Under the pieces are notes generated by a model. The model was not told where the DNA came from. It ran no database searches and saw only the letters and a program-made list of their open reading frames with translations. Positions 53,090-64,000 of a stretch of 64,000 bases of DNA are shown piece after piece; position 1 is the stretch's first letter; each line of letters opens with the position of its first letter. Source of the stretch: Sphyrna mokarran (Eukaryota). Location: contig JAGIQG010000009.1 of NCBI GenBank assembly GCA_024679065.1, forward strand, positions 100,812,001-100,876,000, given 5' to 3'. The position numbers and the translations under genes are program-made.

Positions 53090-54005
53090 TTGAGTAAATG
53101 ATTAGATAGACGATTTGGAGTTCAGAAACAAATTAGTGTGTCAAATTTCGTCGATGACATGAAGATAAGTGGCGGAATAAAGCGTGCAGAGGACACTGGA
53201 AATCTGCAGGGGGACATCGTTTAAATTGGTAGGTAGGCGTTTGGCAGATGGAGAACAATTTGAAAAATGTGAGGGCATTCATTTTCGTAGGAAGAGCAGC
53301 AAAATAAACCATTAAAATGGTAACATATGCAGCATACTGCATGGAGGGTAACCTGGTTTTCCCTGTATCGAAAAAAGTCAATTTGTAGGTGCAGCAAAAA
53401 ATTAAGAATGAAAATGAAATATTGTTCTTCATTGCTAGAAGGATGGTGATTACAATCAGGGAGGTTATGTACCAGGTGCATAAGGTACTGGTGAAGTCAC
53501 ATTTGCATACTGTTTACAGTTTTGGCCCCCTTACTTGAGAAAGAATGTGCTGAAGGGATTTCAGAGCCGATTCTATCGATTGATTCCGGGGTTGAGAAGG
53601 TTGGCTTATGAGGATAGACTGAATAAGCTAGGAATATACTCACTGCAATATGTAAGTATGAGGGGAGGGGGGGGGTGCTTAAGAAAAAAAAAATCCTATT
53701 TAGGAAGGGAACAGGTAAGATAGTAACAGAGAGGCTTCTTCCACGGGATGGAGGAACTAGAAGTAGGAGGCATCATCTGAAAATAAAGAGCAGCAGATAT
53801 TGGGTGTGTGGAATTCCTTGCTCAGTGTTGTAGCTAAAGCTTGCCTTAGTGACTGTATTTGGGCAAATATTGACAGATTTATGAGCACTGAAGTAATTAA
53901 TTATTACACGTGGGATAATGATAGGAGTGGAATCTAGGAAATGATCAGTCATAAATGTACTCACATTGAATGACGGAACAGGCTCTAGGGGCCATATTAC
54001 CCACG
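53090..54005 (+). mobile_element. Degenerate CR1 ORF2 3' end
   Basis: caaatttcgtcgatgacatgaagata (KFVDDMKI), KVLVKSH..YC.QFW.PYLRK, RLIPGLRRLAYEDRLNKLG. Confidence 0.85.
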
Positions 54006-55479
54006 GCCCCCACCCCCCTCCTCCCCTCTCCCCCTCCCCCAGTTGCCATGTTATGTTATGTTGTATTCTGTTGTGTCATGTTTTGTTATGAATAGACATA
54101 TAAATGCAAATATACAGTTGAATACTATACCCAAGTCTTTCAAACGCAGCAGTGCCTCTATAAATCAAAGCACAGCATGGGGCATAAGCATCAATGTATT
54201 CGTATTACTTCACATTGTTAGGAGAATAATATATTGAAGAGGGAAGTTTGTAACCACTTAATACGTTTTACATTAATACACACATTATCAAAAAAGTTGC
54301 ATATTCTGAGCTCATAAGCTAATGAGACAAATAATATGGATGCAGTAAGAATATTAAACAAGTAAATATGATTTAATATATACGCATATACAATTTAATG
54401 TATTTTAAGTATTGTGTGAATCATTGCTCATTTCACAGAAAACAGATTACCGACAGAGATGATGGGGAAAAAGACGATTAGTTCAGTGCCAATGCCTATA
54501 AACTATGTAGTTGGCAAAATTCATTTCAGAAAATTTCTTATGAAGTAATATATTTCGCAAAATTATGGATACGTTTATTCGTTGTGCAGACTCAGAATGA
54601 AGAAGTGCCCGTACAGACGGTCACGTATTTTATCAGCTTGACAATGAACCCTTGGGAATGTTCATTCTGACCCCTGTAGTAATTGTCTAAGGTAACCCCA
54701 AAACCAGGAAATGACTGTCGATAAAACAATTAATTCAAATTATCTCCAAATATGCATTTTATTGCACAAACGTTTGTCAGCGTTTTGCAAGACGACTGAC
54801 CATGATGTCTATCTGAACACCGCTTATATTTCTGTGTCAACTACGTATTGATTCTGTTTCCGCATAAGCAATCACCTCCAAAGTTCGTTCTGTGTAATTA
54901 TTAAGTATACCGTTTCTATGAGACTGCTTGTTTTTCAGAAGGATCAATGTTGTTTGAAATAATTCAACGCCTTGTACTTTATTTTATGTATCACATCCGA
55001 TGATGGTGCATTGTTAATCAGCCTTCTGCTAAGCATCATTCAAATAATGTAGAAAACCATGAGCCGAGTATTCAGATTTGAACTGGGCAGCATATTTCCA
55101 TTGTTATATTATCTGACTGTTTGCCTCACTATCCATCTATTCGGATATGTAGATGCCAGATACTTGTATTTTTTAAGTCTTTTTATTCTGGTTTAGCGAG
55201 ACATGCAGAGCAATATATTGGCGTTTTTTGAAGCAAGTGCATGCTATGTTCTCACGAGTTTGAATGTGATGGGGGGAGGGGGTAAAATTCATTTTCCATT
55301 CTCAAATTATAGAAACAAGAAAAGTTTATATTGAGAGACAAAAATGCTCACCAATATCTTTCCGAATTATTTGTAATTCCTTTAATTCTAAAATAAAACA
55401 GCCAAATTTGTATATACTGTGACTGTAAGCCAAAAAAAAAACATCACTAATTTGCAAAACTCCCCTAAACTATCTGCAG

Positions 55480-55950
55480 AAAGAGGATACGGGGAACGAA
55501 CGGGAAATGTGTTTGGTGATGGAATCACGCTGAAGCGGTTGTAAATGGCGGAGGATTCTGGTTTGCAAGTAGAGGCTGGTGCGGTCACATGTGAGGCCGA
55601 GGGGAAACGATCCGTCTTCTAGGAGTTTATAAAGGGGGACAGAGGTAAATTTGACGGTATGGGGTTTCAAAACTATTGCGGGTTTCTGATGTGCTTATGA
55701 TCGGTTGAAGCTCAGATTCGTCGTTTTGGAAGCTTGTGTCGCCTAAAGAAGAATATCTGCAGTTGGTTTGGGATCTACATGTAGAGTTGGGCTGTAGCGG
55801 GGATTGCATGGGAAATTCTATTTGAGTTGGGAGATTGGGAGAAGTGGAAGATATTATGTGGTAGAAACCATAGAGATGTGATTTACACTGAGCGAGAGGG
55901 GCATTTGGAGATTCCTGGGAATCTTAAATGTCTGACAAATCACACGCCTG
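55480..55950 (-). mobile_element. Penelope-like element fragment
   Basis: PLGLTCDRTSLYLQTRILRHLQPLQRDSITKHI..FPVSSFCR resembles the fish Penelope motif PLVLTYHP...ILRHF..LQ.D..TK.IFP..P.SAFR. Confidence 0.65.
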
Positions 55951-56593
55951 AATTGGTCTTGGCGCTGCAAACGGCTGGATTTTTTACCAGTAAAGATTGC
56001 ATTATTATCACAGTTTTCTTTGCGATTTTTAGCATAACGCTGTTAGAAAAATCAAAGTTAAAAATTTTCAAAAGTGCCGTGGGAGGCACGAACATTAAAA
56101 GACATAATTAGACACGCAAACATATCAAAACTTGTAAAATATAACAAGGAAAATTAGAAAGCACCATCAAATATTCAATATAATATGAACATTTGAAACA
56201 GTGTGCGACAGAAAACGCGAAAAAATGCAGATATTAAGGTTTCGAATCGAATGATCACAAAATAATGTGAGGTGACATCAAGAGAAGCATTGAGAAATGA
56301 AACATACACCGTAAGTGTTCAAATTAATGGAAGACACTTAGCACATCCTCGTTGGACAGAAAACAGAAAGACAAACGGTGATAAATATTAGCTTATCTTC
56401 CATATTTGTGTGAAATTTAAATTGTGCATGTATTTTTGTTGTTGGTGGCAGAAATGTTGGCGGGTTAATTGATGGCACATGGGGCAGTATTTAGTGTCGT
56501 TTCCTATTCCTGTGGACGTCTCCCCCACGGATATATACTATGACTGAATTTGCAGATCGGTGCATTTGTTCTTGTTTATAGCATACGAATTAC

Positions 56594-56767
56594 CTAATCT
56601 TGTTTGTTTTTCATGTATCACTGATGAATGGTGATCCAGAAGAATTATTAACTTTGCTTCTACCTGTAAGGGCACGGCAAGATCTAAAACGAACTTCCAG
56701 TATCTTCCATGTAAGATTTCGGAAGTTTCTAGTTTGGATTGTAACTGTTCTCTTATTCAATTTGTTT
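56594..56767 (-). pseudogene. Exon, 174 nt (TN*IREQLQSKLETSEILHGRYWKFVLDLAVPLQVEAKLIILLDHH...RL), phase 1-1; acceptor reads TG
   Basis: ttttttcttctgctg|...ttag|gtaatt; one stop. Confidence 0.55.
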
Positions 56768-59386
56768 CAGCAGAAGAAAAAAACAAGTGCTCACCAGTTT
56801 TAGAATGCAAAATCCGTTCTTCTGTCGATAAACAAACAATACTAAACAATTGGAATGAACATATTACAAGATTGTCCTTAGAATTTAACATTAGACCAAC
56901 AATATCAGAAATATTTGTTTTACTACTTAATGCCTATTTTCCAGCACGTATTTCTTGCCACGAATTCGTACTTATGCACGTTTTGATTATGTCATTTATT
57001 TGTCCTGAAATTCATGATCGCATCTAATTTTACTGGAGGTAAAATGACTCTCCTGATAAATATGTCCTCATGACATTCCATGATTTAGTCTTAAAATTAA
57101 GTCCAACATTTCGTTTTGAGAAACAAAATGAAGTTGGCTTTCCTCGTAATAAATGAAAATGGTTGAAGAACTGCATGTACTGCAATTTGTTTTGTTCAGT
57201 GATGAGCTTGATGAGAAAACCTTTGAAAACGTTGCACAATATCCTCCGAAGGCGATATGCAATCACAATGAAAGTTCATTTGAACAAAGTGTCGGCTTTA
57301 TCGGTGTATCCTGTGAAGGAAAAGACCTTTCACTACTTAGACGACTTGAGAGGAGTTATATCCTCCAGTAAATAAATGCTAATTGAAGTCAAGAATTATC
57401 CGTGACAATGTGGTGATTTCACGCATACATGATTTTGTCTCAAAGTCCTGTATATTTGGAATGTTTACATCTTTTACACAATTCTCTCACTGGTTTAGTG
57501 GCAAGACCTGCACTCAGTGGCTCACCACTTTTTTTTTTCTGATGGCAACATTTATTTTTGTCGCAAGACCATTCTAAACCCATTTGCTTTGATATCGCAA
57601 ATATTTTCTATTGTCGAGTCCCATATTGTAATTAATGGGAATACAATCAAGTCTACAAAATGCATTATTAACTATTTGCACTTAGTTCCATATGATTCAA
57701 TTTATAGCTCCAATCTTAGGAAAAACAGGAGGGGTTGAGTGACTTACAGTTGCAGTGACGATACCGTTTTTTAACATCACACTGCTCACTCATCTACTGA
57801 AACAACCAATCTTTCATCATTCAAAGCGTTACAGAACTTGGCAAAATAATGTTTCCAAGTATGTCATTGCAGAATTATGATGATCTGCTTGATTCATGAC
57901 ACTGAAGACATGTCAACATGTATAGATACTAATAATCGAATTAATGCCACGCTTAGTAAAATGTTATATATTTAAACATGTCCCAATTTTAAACCCTTTT
58001 TGACTTCATTCTCCCACATAAAGGATGTTGCGGTGATAGGGGGAGGGTCGGGAGGGACGGGGGTGTGCGTGAGGAGGGGGCAGCTCTTGGAAGTTCCCAG
58101 GTAAGCATATGCCATTTGATTGCTGAGCAGGTTTAACTGAACCTGAGCAATTCTAGCAAGTATCAAACAGAACAATTTAAATCATTAACTTGTGAAGATT
58201 CAGCAACTTTGACACAAATACAGCTCGGCTCATAGGTCCCTAGTGAGTCATTTTGTGTGGCATTGATGTCCTGGGGAATTACTGCAGGAAGAGTTCATGC
58301 ACAGGCCTTCCTGGAATTGTGCAAGAAAGCTAACTTTCTCTGGGTAACTTTTCTTGGCCAAAAGCATATAACAAAGCGATTAAGGCCATTAACCATTGAG
58401 AACTCTGCCATTTCCACCGTGACATTTTTTTTTCCTGAAATAGCATGAAGACACGAACTTTTAACTTAATTGTAGTTCTACTCAACTCCATTACCGAGCC
58501 CTACACACTCAGCGAAGACACGGCTATACCGATCTTAATGCCAACTTCAAACTCACAGAACATACAGCAGAACTCTCACGTGACACCAACCCCAACATTC
58601 AAATGGATGACAGTTACCTTCCACGCCTCGCCCCACAAAGAAAACACACCTGCCGGACAGATTGAACCCAACAATAAACATCTACATATACCTGACCTGA
58701 CTTATATTATTTACCCTTGTCTGAGTGAGGAAAACCTGCCTGCTGATCCAAAATACTGCTTGGGTTCAACAACACCTTACCCTTCAAAACTCAAACCTCC
58801 CAACCCCACACTAGCCCCATTATAATCCAACTGCGACAAACCCTCTGGTCCTTCTTTGGCTCCGAGTCTGGGATATGTTTGGCGTTCATACCCAAAGGCC
58901 TCAATATCACTTTATGACAGGAACATACTGCGATTGCCGGTTGGACATTGGCCACGATAGGTTCGGTACTTTTCTTGGATTATCCAAAGTTAGTAGCTAA
59001 ATACTTTTGAGCAGTTTAAATTATTGACAATCATTTGCCTGCTGATTGTCAGAAGTGTCATTTCCAAAAAAAAGAACATTGTTGCAATTTCTGTGTAATA
59101 GATCAAGTATGTCACTTGTTTAACATTTCGTAAGTTCATATTTTCAAGATATTATTTTTAGTATTCCTTTGTTTCAGAAAGAGCTGTGAACTGCAAAACA
59201 ACGAAATGTTTAAAACTGAAATTTGGTCATAAGTTTGATTTAGTGGCTTCTGGTCATTATCACATTTGCCTTAATTTGAATGGAAACGAGTTTCAGCTCA
59301 GCTTCACTCAATCCATCTTTTTATCAAGAAACAATCATTGGTAACCACATTTTGCTCTATCCTGCATTTTATTCATCGCTACTCAC

Positions 59387-59413
59387 CATCTACTTTGACG
59401 TGCTCCAGAAAAT
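59387..59413 (-). pseudogene. Exon, 27 nt (FLEHVKVD), phase 1-1
   Basis: tttccttcag|...gatg|gtgagt. Confidence 0.65.
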
Positions 59414-59556
59414 CTGAAGGAAATTATTGAACAGGCGTCCATCAAAATATTTATTGCTTGAAGAATGTAAGTAAAGATTCTTATTTAGCAAATTCAATAA
59501 AAAAAAATGCCGGAAACATACTTCCGAAAGCCGAAAATCCTGACAGGGCAGTTTAC

Positions 59557-59583
59557 CTGACTCGTTCTTCTTCAGTTGTTTCT
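59557..59583 (-). pseudogene. Possible exon, 27 nt (KQLKKNES), phase 1-1
   Basis: Weak acceptor, tcag|gtaaac donor. Confidence 0.4.
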
Positions 59584-60172
59584 CTTCAATTGGACAATTA
59601 TATTGTTATTGCATAATAATGACGTTAAAGCACAATCTATTACCGAATTTCGTCATTTCAACCAAAACACGGAACAAGGAATTTGAGGAAGAAAATATAC
59701 ATTAATGGAAGTTGGCAGCATTCCAGAACGAATGACTGCGGAAATAGATGGTATTATTGATTCAGAATGCATTAACAAATTGACTGATAAAACTTAATCT
59801 AGCTCACTTTTTCCACAAACATGTGAATCAAGATCAAGAATTCGATTAACAGCTCGCACGGGCACAAACGGGTCTGAGATACATATTTCTTAACTGTGTT
59901 TAATAATTTATTTAACAAACGTTTGTCATTATAGCTATCACTTCAGGTTTTTTTTAGAGATTTGTCGAAAATAATTTCAGTTAGAGGGTGGCGAAAATAT
60001 ATTGGGGGCGTTCAAATCTTTAAAGAAGAATTTTGATGAGAACGTGAAATACTGCAAAGTGGCAGACTAAGTGTTGGAAATTTACTAAAATATGCAGTTG
60101 CTTGTTCAAGGCACGATCGTCCGAAGGGGCACTTTCTATGATGAAGACTTTGCCTCTATTACATCTTCTTAC

Positions 60173-60208
60173 CTGCGCTCTGCAAGGCTTCGTTGGCATG
60201 GTCTAATT
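60173..60208 (-). pseudogene. Exon, 36 nt (LDHANEALQSA), phase 1-1
   Basis: gtttttctttttcag|...gcag|gtaaga. Confidence 0.7.
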
Positions 60209-60867
60209 CTGAAAAAGAAAAACAAATTATTATCGAAGTGCAGCAAAATGCACAACAGTAATGCAGTGCTTATTTTATTGCAAGCTAAGACTATATTATC
60301 GGACAACAAATTTTATGAAATTGGGCACACAACATGGAAGCAGACTAAAATTACACTTAGAACCTCCCCACTAAAGGTCACAAAAGAACAGACACAGACT
60401 AGCAGGAAACAACATGCTTTTAGAATGCAAATGAGAGCTAGCACACAAGGAAAGCTGGACAGGATGGCACCTACAGGAACTAAATTAAAAAAAAAACACA
60501 TCCCTACCCCATTAAATCAGAGTTCTTTCGGCACAGTTCGATTTTATGTCCTGCCTGCACCTCCGTCGACGTAAAAGAAAATAAAGCTGTGCCATTATTG
60601 AAGTAAACTCAGGGTCCGTAGTGGTCGTTTTGCCCACTCGCGCTAACAAATACGTTAATTATTTGATGGCAAAGGGCATATATTCAAAATAGATACAACA
60701 GGGAATTCTCGGTATTGGACAGGAAGGATTAGTTTAATTCAGTAATATTACTTGTATTATTCGATTTGCTAACATTCGATATGAATATTAGCATTATTTT
60801 AGTGGACTAAAGCCTATGAACTGACAAGAAACAATTTTTTCCCTCCCCACCCCACTCCCAACCCGCC

Positions 60868-60868
<1 letters not shown>

Positions 60869-60946
<78 letters not shown>
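60869..60946. repeat. (AC)n microsatellite, ~39 units
   Basis: Visible directly. Confidence 0.99.
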
Positions 60947-60948
<2 letters not shown>

Positions 60949-62271
60949 AGACGAAGATTACTAGTTGAATAAAGCCCGACGAAAGCTTTAAAATTATTGC
61001 AAATTTATCGTAGTAGACCTGTTTGCCAACTGAGATTCCTATGGCTCCTCAACGAAATAGTTGGAACTATCTAAGGTGAAAGAAGTATGACTGAATATCA
61101 TAAATCTCTAGATATGTCTTTGAGGCCGCTGTATGAAACTGGCAAGCAAGAACTATATATTATGAGGAATAATTTGGAACAATCAATAGAAGTAACCTCA
61201 CGGAATGCTAAGAAATGAATTGTTGCATGCATGTCCTTGTCCTCTAGAGTGATTATGAGGTATATAAAGAATAACATAGCAGGTTTTAAAGTTCACAAAA
61301 CGTCCCTAGAGGTTTATATCAGAATACAGTGTATGATAGTGAACTTTAAAAAAAAAGATCATCATTAAATGGTTGATGTAACATAACTCCTTAAATGAGG
61401 AATCTAGAATAGGGAGCCCAACAGGTCTAATGATTTGGCAACCTAGGCGACTGGTGATAAGCAATAGAGAAACAATTAAAATACTTTAAGGGCAGTGATC
61501 AAATTTATACAAACACCAAGATTTCTGAGGTTTGCAATTCTCGGAGAGATGGCAAGAAGAGAATTGATGACTCATGGAAGGAATTTTAGGTAGGATTTTT
61601 TTTTAAATTTGTTGACTGGCTACAGAATAGTAGAATTCAGGGATCAGTGGGCTGACAGATGAATGAAACTTTCAATGCAATAATATAACATGAATGAATC
61701 TATGTTTTCATTTTTTTTGTATTTTTCACGATAAACAGTAAATGAAGACAAAAAATTCATGGCAAACTGAAAAGTGTAGCATGATCAACCAATGTTTTCT
61801 AAAAGTAAAAACTAAATCACGAATATGGAATATAATGCAATGGCGGATTGGAACTGGTTGGGCTATTTAAACTTTACTCCGAACGATTAAGCACAATAGG
61901 AGACTTTGATTTTAAATACCTGAAAAATCAATAAGAAAATGTCTAGACATAGGGACTTGGAATGTTGTTGAGCAGCGTCTGGATTTTTTTGGGAATAAAA
62001 TTGAGAAATCAATGAAATCTGCAATAAGGTGATGAGCCTGCAGAGACGTTTGATTGCTGAGACGTTTGCACATTTATTACTCGTGTTCGACTGAAGCGGG
62101 GGAGTGGGTGGGCTATGTGCTGATGCAAAACACAGTTGGACCAGATTCTATGGCTCAGAAGCTTACTTCTGCTTGAATTAATTAATTTGAATACAACTGC
62201 CCTTCCTCATGAAGGTGGAAGTGTTTTCAGACACTTCTGATTGAATTTGATCATCTAATCCCTCGGTTTAC

Positions 62272-62880
62272 AACTTGCAGGTTCACAAGTCTCTGCAGGT
62301 GTCAGTACAGGTGGAGAAAGTGATAAAGAAAGTGTGTGGTATGTTAGCCTTCATAGGAAGGGGTATAGAATACAAGAGTAGGAGTCTGATGTGACAAGTG
62401 TATAGAACGTTGGTTAGGCCTCACTTGGAGTACTGCGTCCAGTTCTGGTCGCCGTACTACCAGAAGGATGTGGAGGCCCTGGAGAGAGTGCAGAGGAGAT
62501 TTACCAGGATGCTGCCTGGTATGGAAAGGCTGTCTTACGAGGAAAAATTGAACGCACTGGGGTTGTTTTCCCTTGAAAGATGTCGGCTGAGAGGGGATCT
62601 ATGAGAGGTATATAAGATTATGAGGGGTATAGATAGAGTAAATGGTGGTAAGCTTTTTCCACCAGTAGAATCGGATAGAACGAGGGGTCACGGCCTTAGG
62701 GTGAGGGGGGCTATGTATAAGACGAATATTAGAGGGCATTTTTTCACACAAAGGGTAGTGGGGGTGTGGAATGCGCTACCGAGTGGGGTGGTAGGAGCAG
62801 GCACGCTAGGGTTGTTTAAGGGTCTCTTGGACAGCCACATGAGCGGTCTGCAGATAGAGGGATATAGGACGACTGTTTAA
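62272..62880 (+). mobile_element. CR1 ORF2 3' end
   Basis: [40 protein letters not shown]...FFTQRVVGVWNALP. Confidence 0.97.
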
Positions 62881-62899
62881 ATACTTTGTTTGTTTCCAC

Positions 62900-63325
62900 A
62901 GGCTATTCGGTCCACCTTGTTGACCAATAAGGCACATGCATTCGGCAGGTCGTGCGAGGGCTTCTCTTGGATGTTACTTCAGGAGTGGCCTAGTGCTTCA
63001 CGTCGTTAGTGTATGCTTAAACTGGACCATCAGATGGACAACGTGACAGCTCAGAGACTATCGCTGTTGCTGTGCAGACACATGGATTTGGGCCTGTGTC
63101 TGCGGGAGTTTGCGCGTTCTCCCTGTGGTTGCGTGGGTTTTCTCCGGGTGCTCCGGTTTCCTCCCACATCCCAAAAATGTGCTCTTAGGCTGATTGGGTA
63201 ACAAATTGTCCCTATATTGGTCTCTATATGTCATTAAGACGTTAGGACGGCGGCGCGGGCTCGTTGGGCCGAAGCGCCTGTTTCCCGTGCTGTGTTGTTC
63301 CTTGTTCTTTGTTGTTCTTTGGTTT
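62900..63325 (+). mobile_element. 3' tail of the CR1 copy, containing a V-domain
   Basis: Homologous to 3700-4160; ggagtttgcgcgttctccctgtggttgcgtgggttttctccgggtgctccggtttcctcccaca. Confidence 0.85.
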
Positions 63326-64000
63326 ACCGTTGAAGCAATTAATAAAACATGTCCAAATTGCAAACGTGACAGTTCAAAAATTGTGCGTGAGTTCGTATTT
63401 ATGTCAGGCAAAATGTTTAGACAGGATATTGCAGACATCTGTCAGCGGTTCAGGATTTGAACAACATGTAACAGGATTTGATCAGTAATGAATGTAATGT
63501 TAGCTGTCCTTGGATGTGGTCTAGGACAATGACGGATTGCGAATGGTGCTGGCTTCCCCTTGGCCTCCCATTTGGCGTGGAAGAATAATGAAAACAGACA
63601 TCTCGGACTATTTTGTTTGATTTTGTTCAGTAATCTTTTTTTTCTAATTTAAAATGTGAAAGTTTATGCTTTAGCTTTTATTATAAAAAACGGAATTCAG
63701 ATGTATTTTTTAAAATGTTTCAATTGTCTTTGAATATCTGAAAATACGCAGTTTCATGCTTGTGGGATGTAACATCCTTCCGATCAGTCAGGATATCACT
63801 CGAATAGTGGAACCGTCTGATGATAAGGCATGAATAAACTTTTCAGGAATGTATTAGTCGTGAAACAATCCATGCCAGGCAGTGTTGCATATTAGACGTT
63901 GCCTGCATTACTGATGGCCTGAATAAAATTTGCAAAACTATGTTTGCGTTAAGTGTTTCATGATCATTTCATACAGAATAGCTCATTCTAAGTGGGTTGT

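Larger units (their letters stand above)
1287..60208 (-). pseudogene. Large multi-exon decayed (unprocessed) gene of unidentified family; probably extends beyond the window
   Basis: About 20 non-repeat segments on the minus strand, mostly with polypyrimidine-AG acceptors and GT donors, mostly phase-compatible, protein-like in translation, but with in-frame stops, frameshifts and mutated acceptors. Confidence 0.7.

Noticed and set aside
60092-60574. 160-aa plus-strand ORF
   Set aside because: Overlaps a minus-strand exon and a probable decayed Penelope-like fragment; no domain recognised.

Overview
AT-rich vertebrate genomic DNA. The repeat content (CR1 LINEs, V-SINE/HE1-like and Deu-SINE-like SINEs, Rex/Babar, Penelope, L2, RTE) points to a cartilaginous fish; this is an inference. 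No intact protein-coding gene is visible. About 20 minus-strand exon-like segments, mostly GT-AG bounded and largely phase-compatible but carrying stops, frameshifts and broken acceptors, span the window and look like one large decayed gene that I cannot name. The stand-out feature is a GC/CpG-rich, non-coding 1.37 kb insert at 21691-23060. It starts exactly with the 28S rRNA sequence upstream of the R2 retrotransposon target, carries three tandem, covarying HDV-like ribozyme folds, and ends in stem-loops followed by TAGC. It has interrupted an old CR1 at a site that resembles the 28S R2 target. It reads as a non-autonomous R2-derived, multi-ribozyme element inserted outside rDNA. All structures and alignments were done by eye, and repeat boundaries are approximate.
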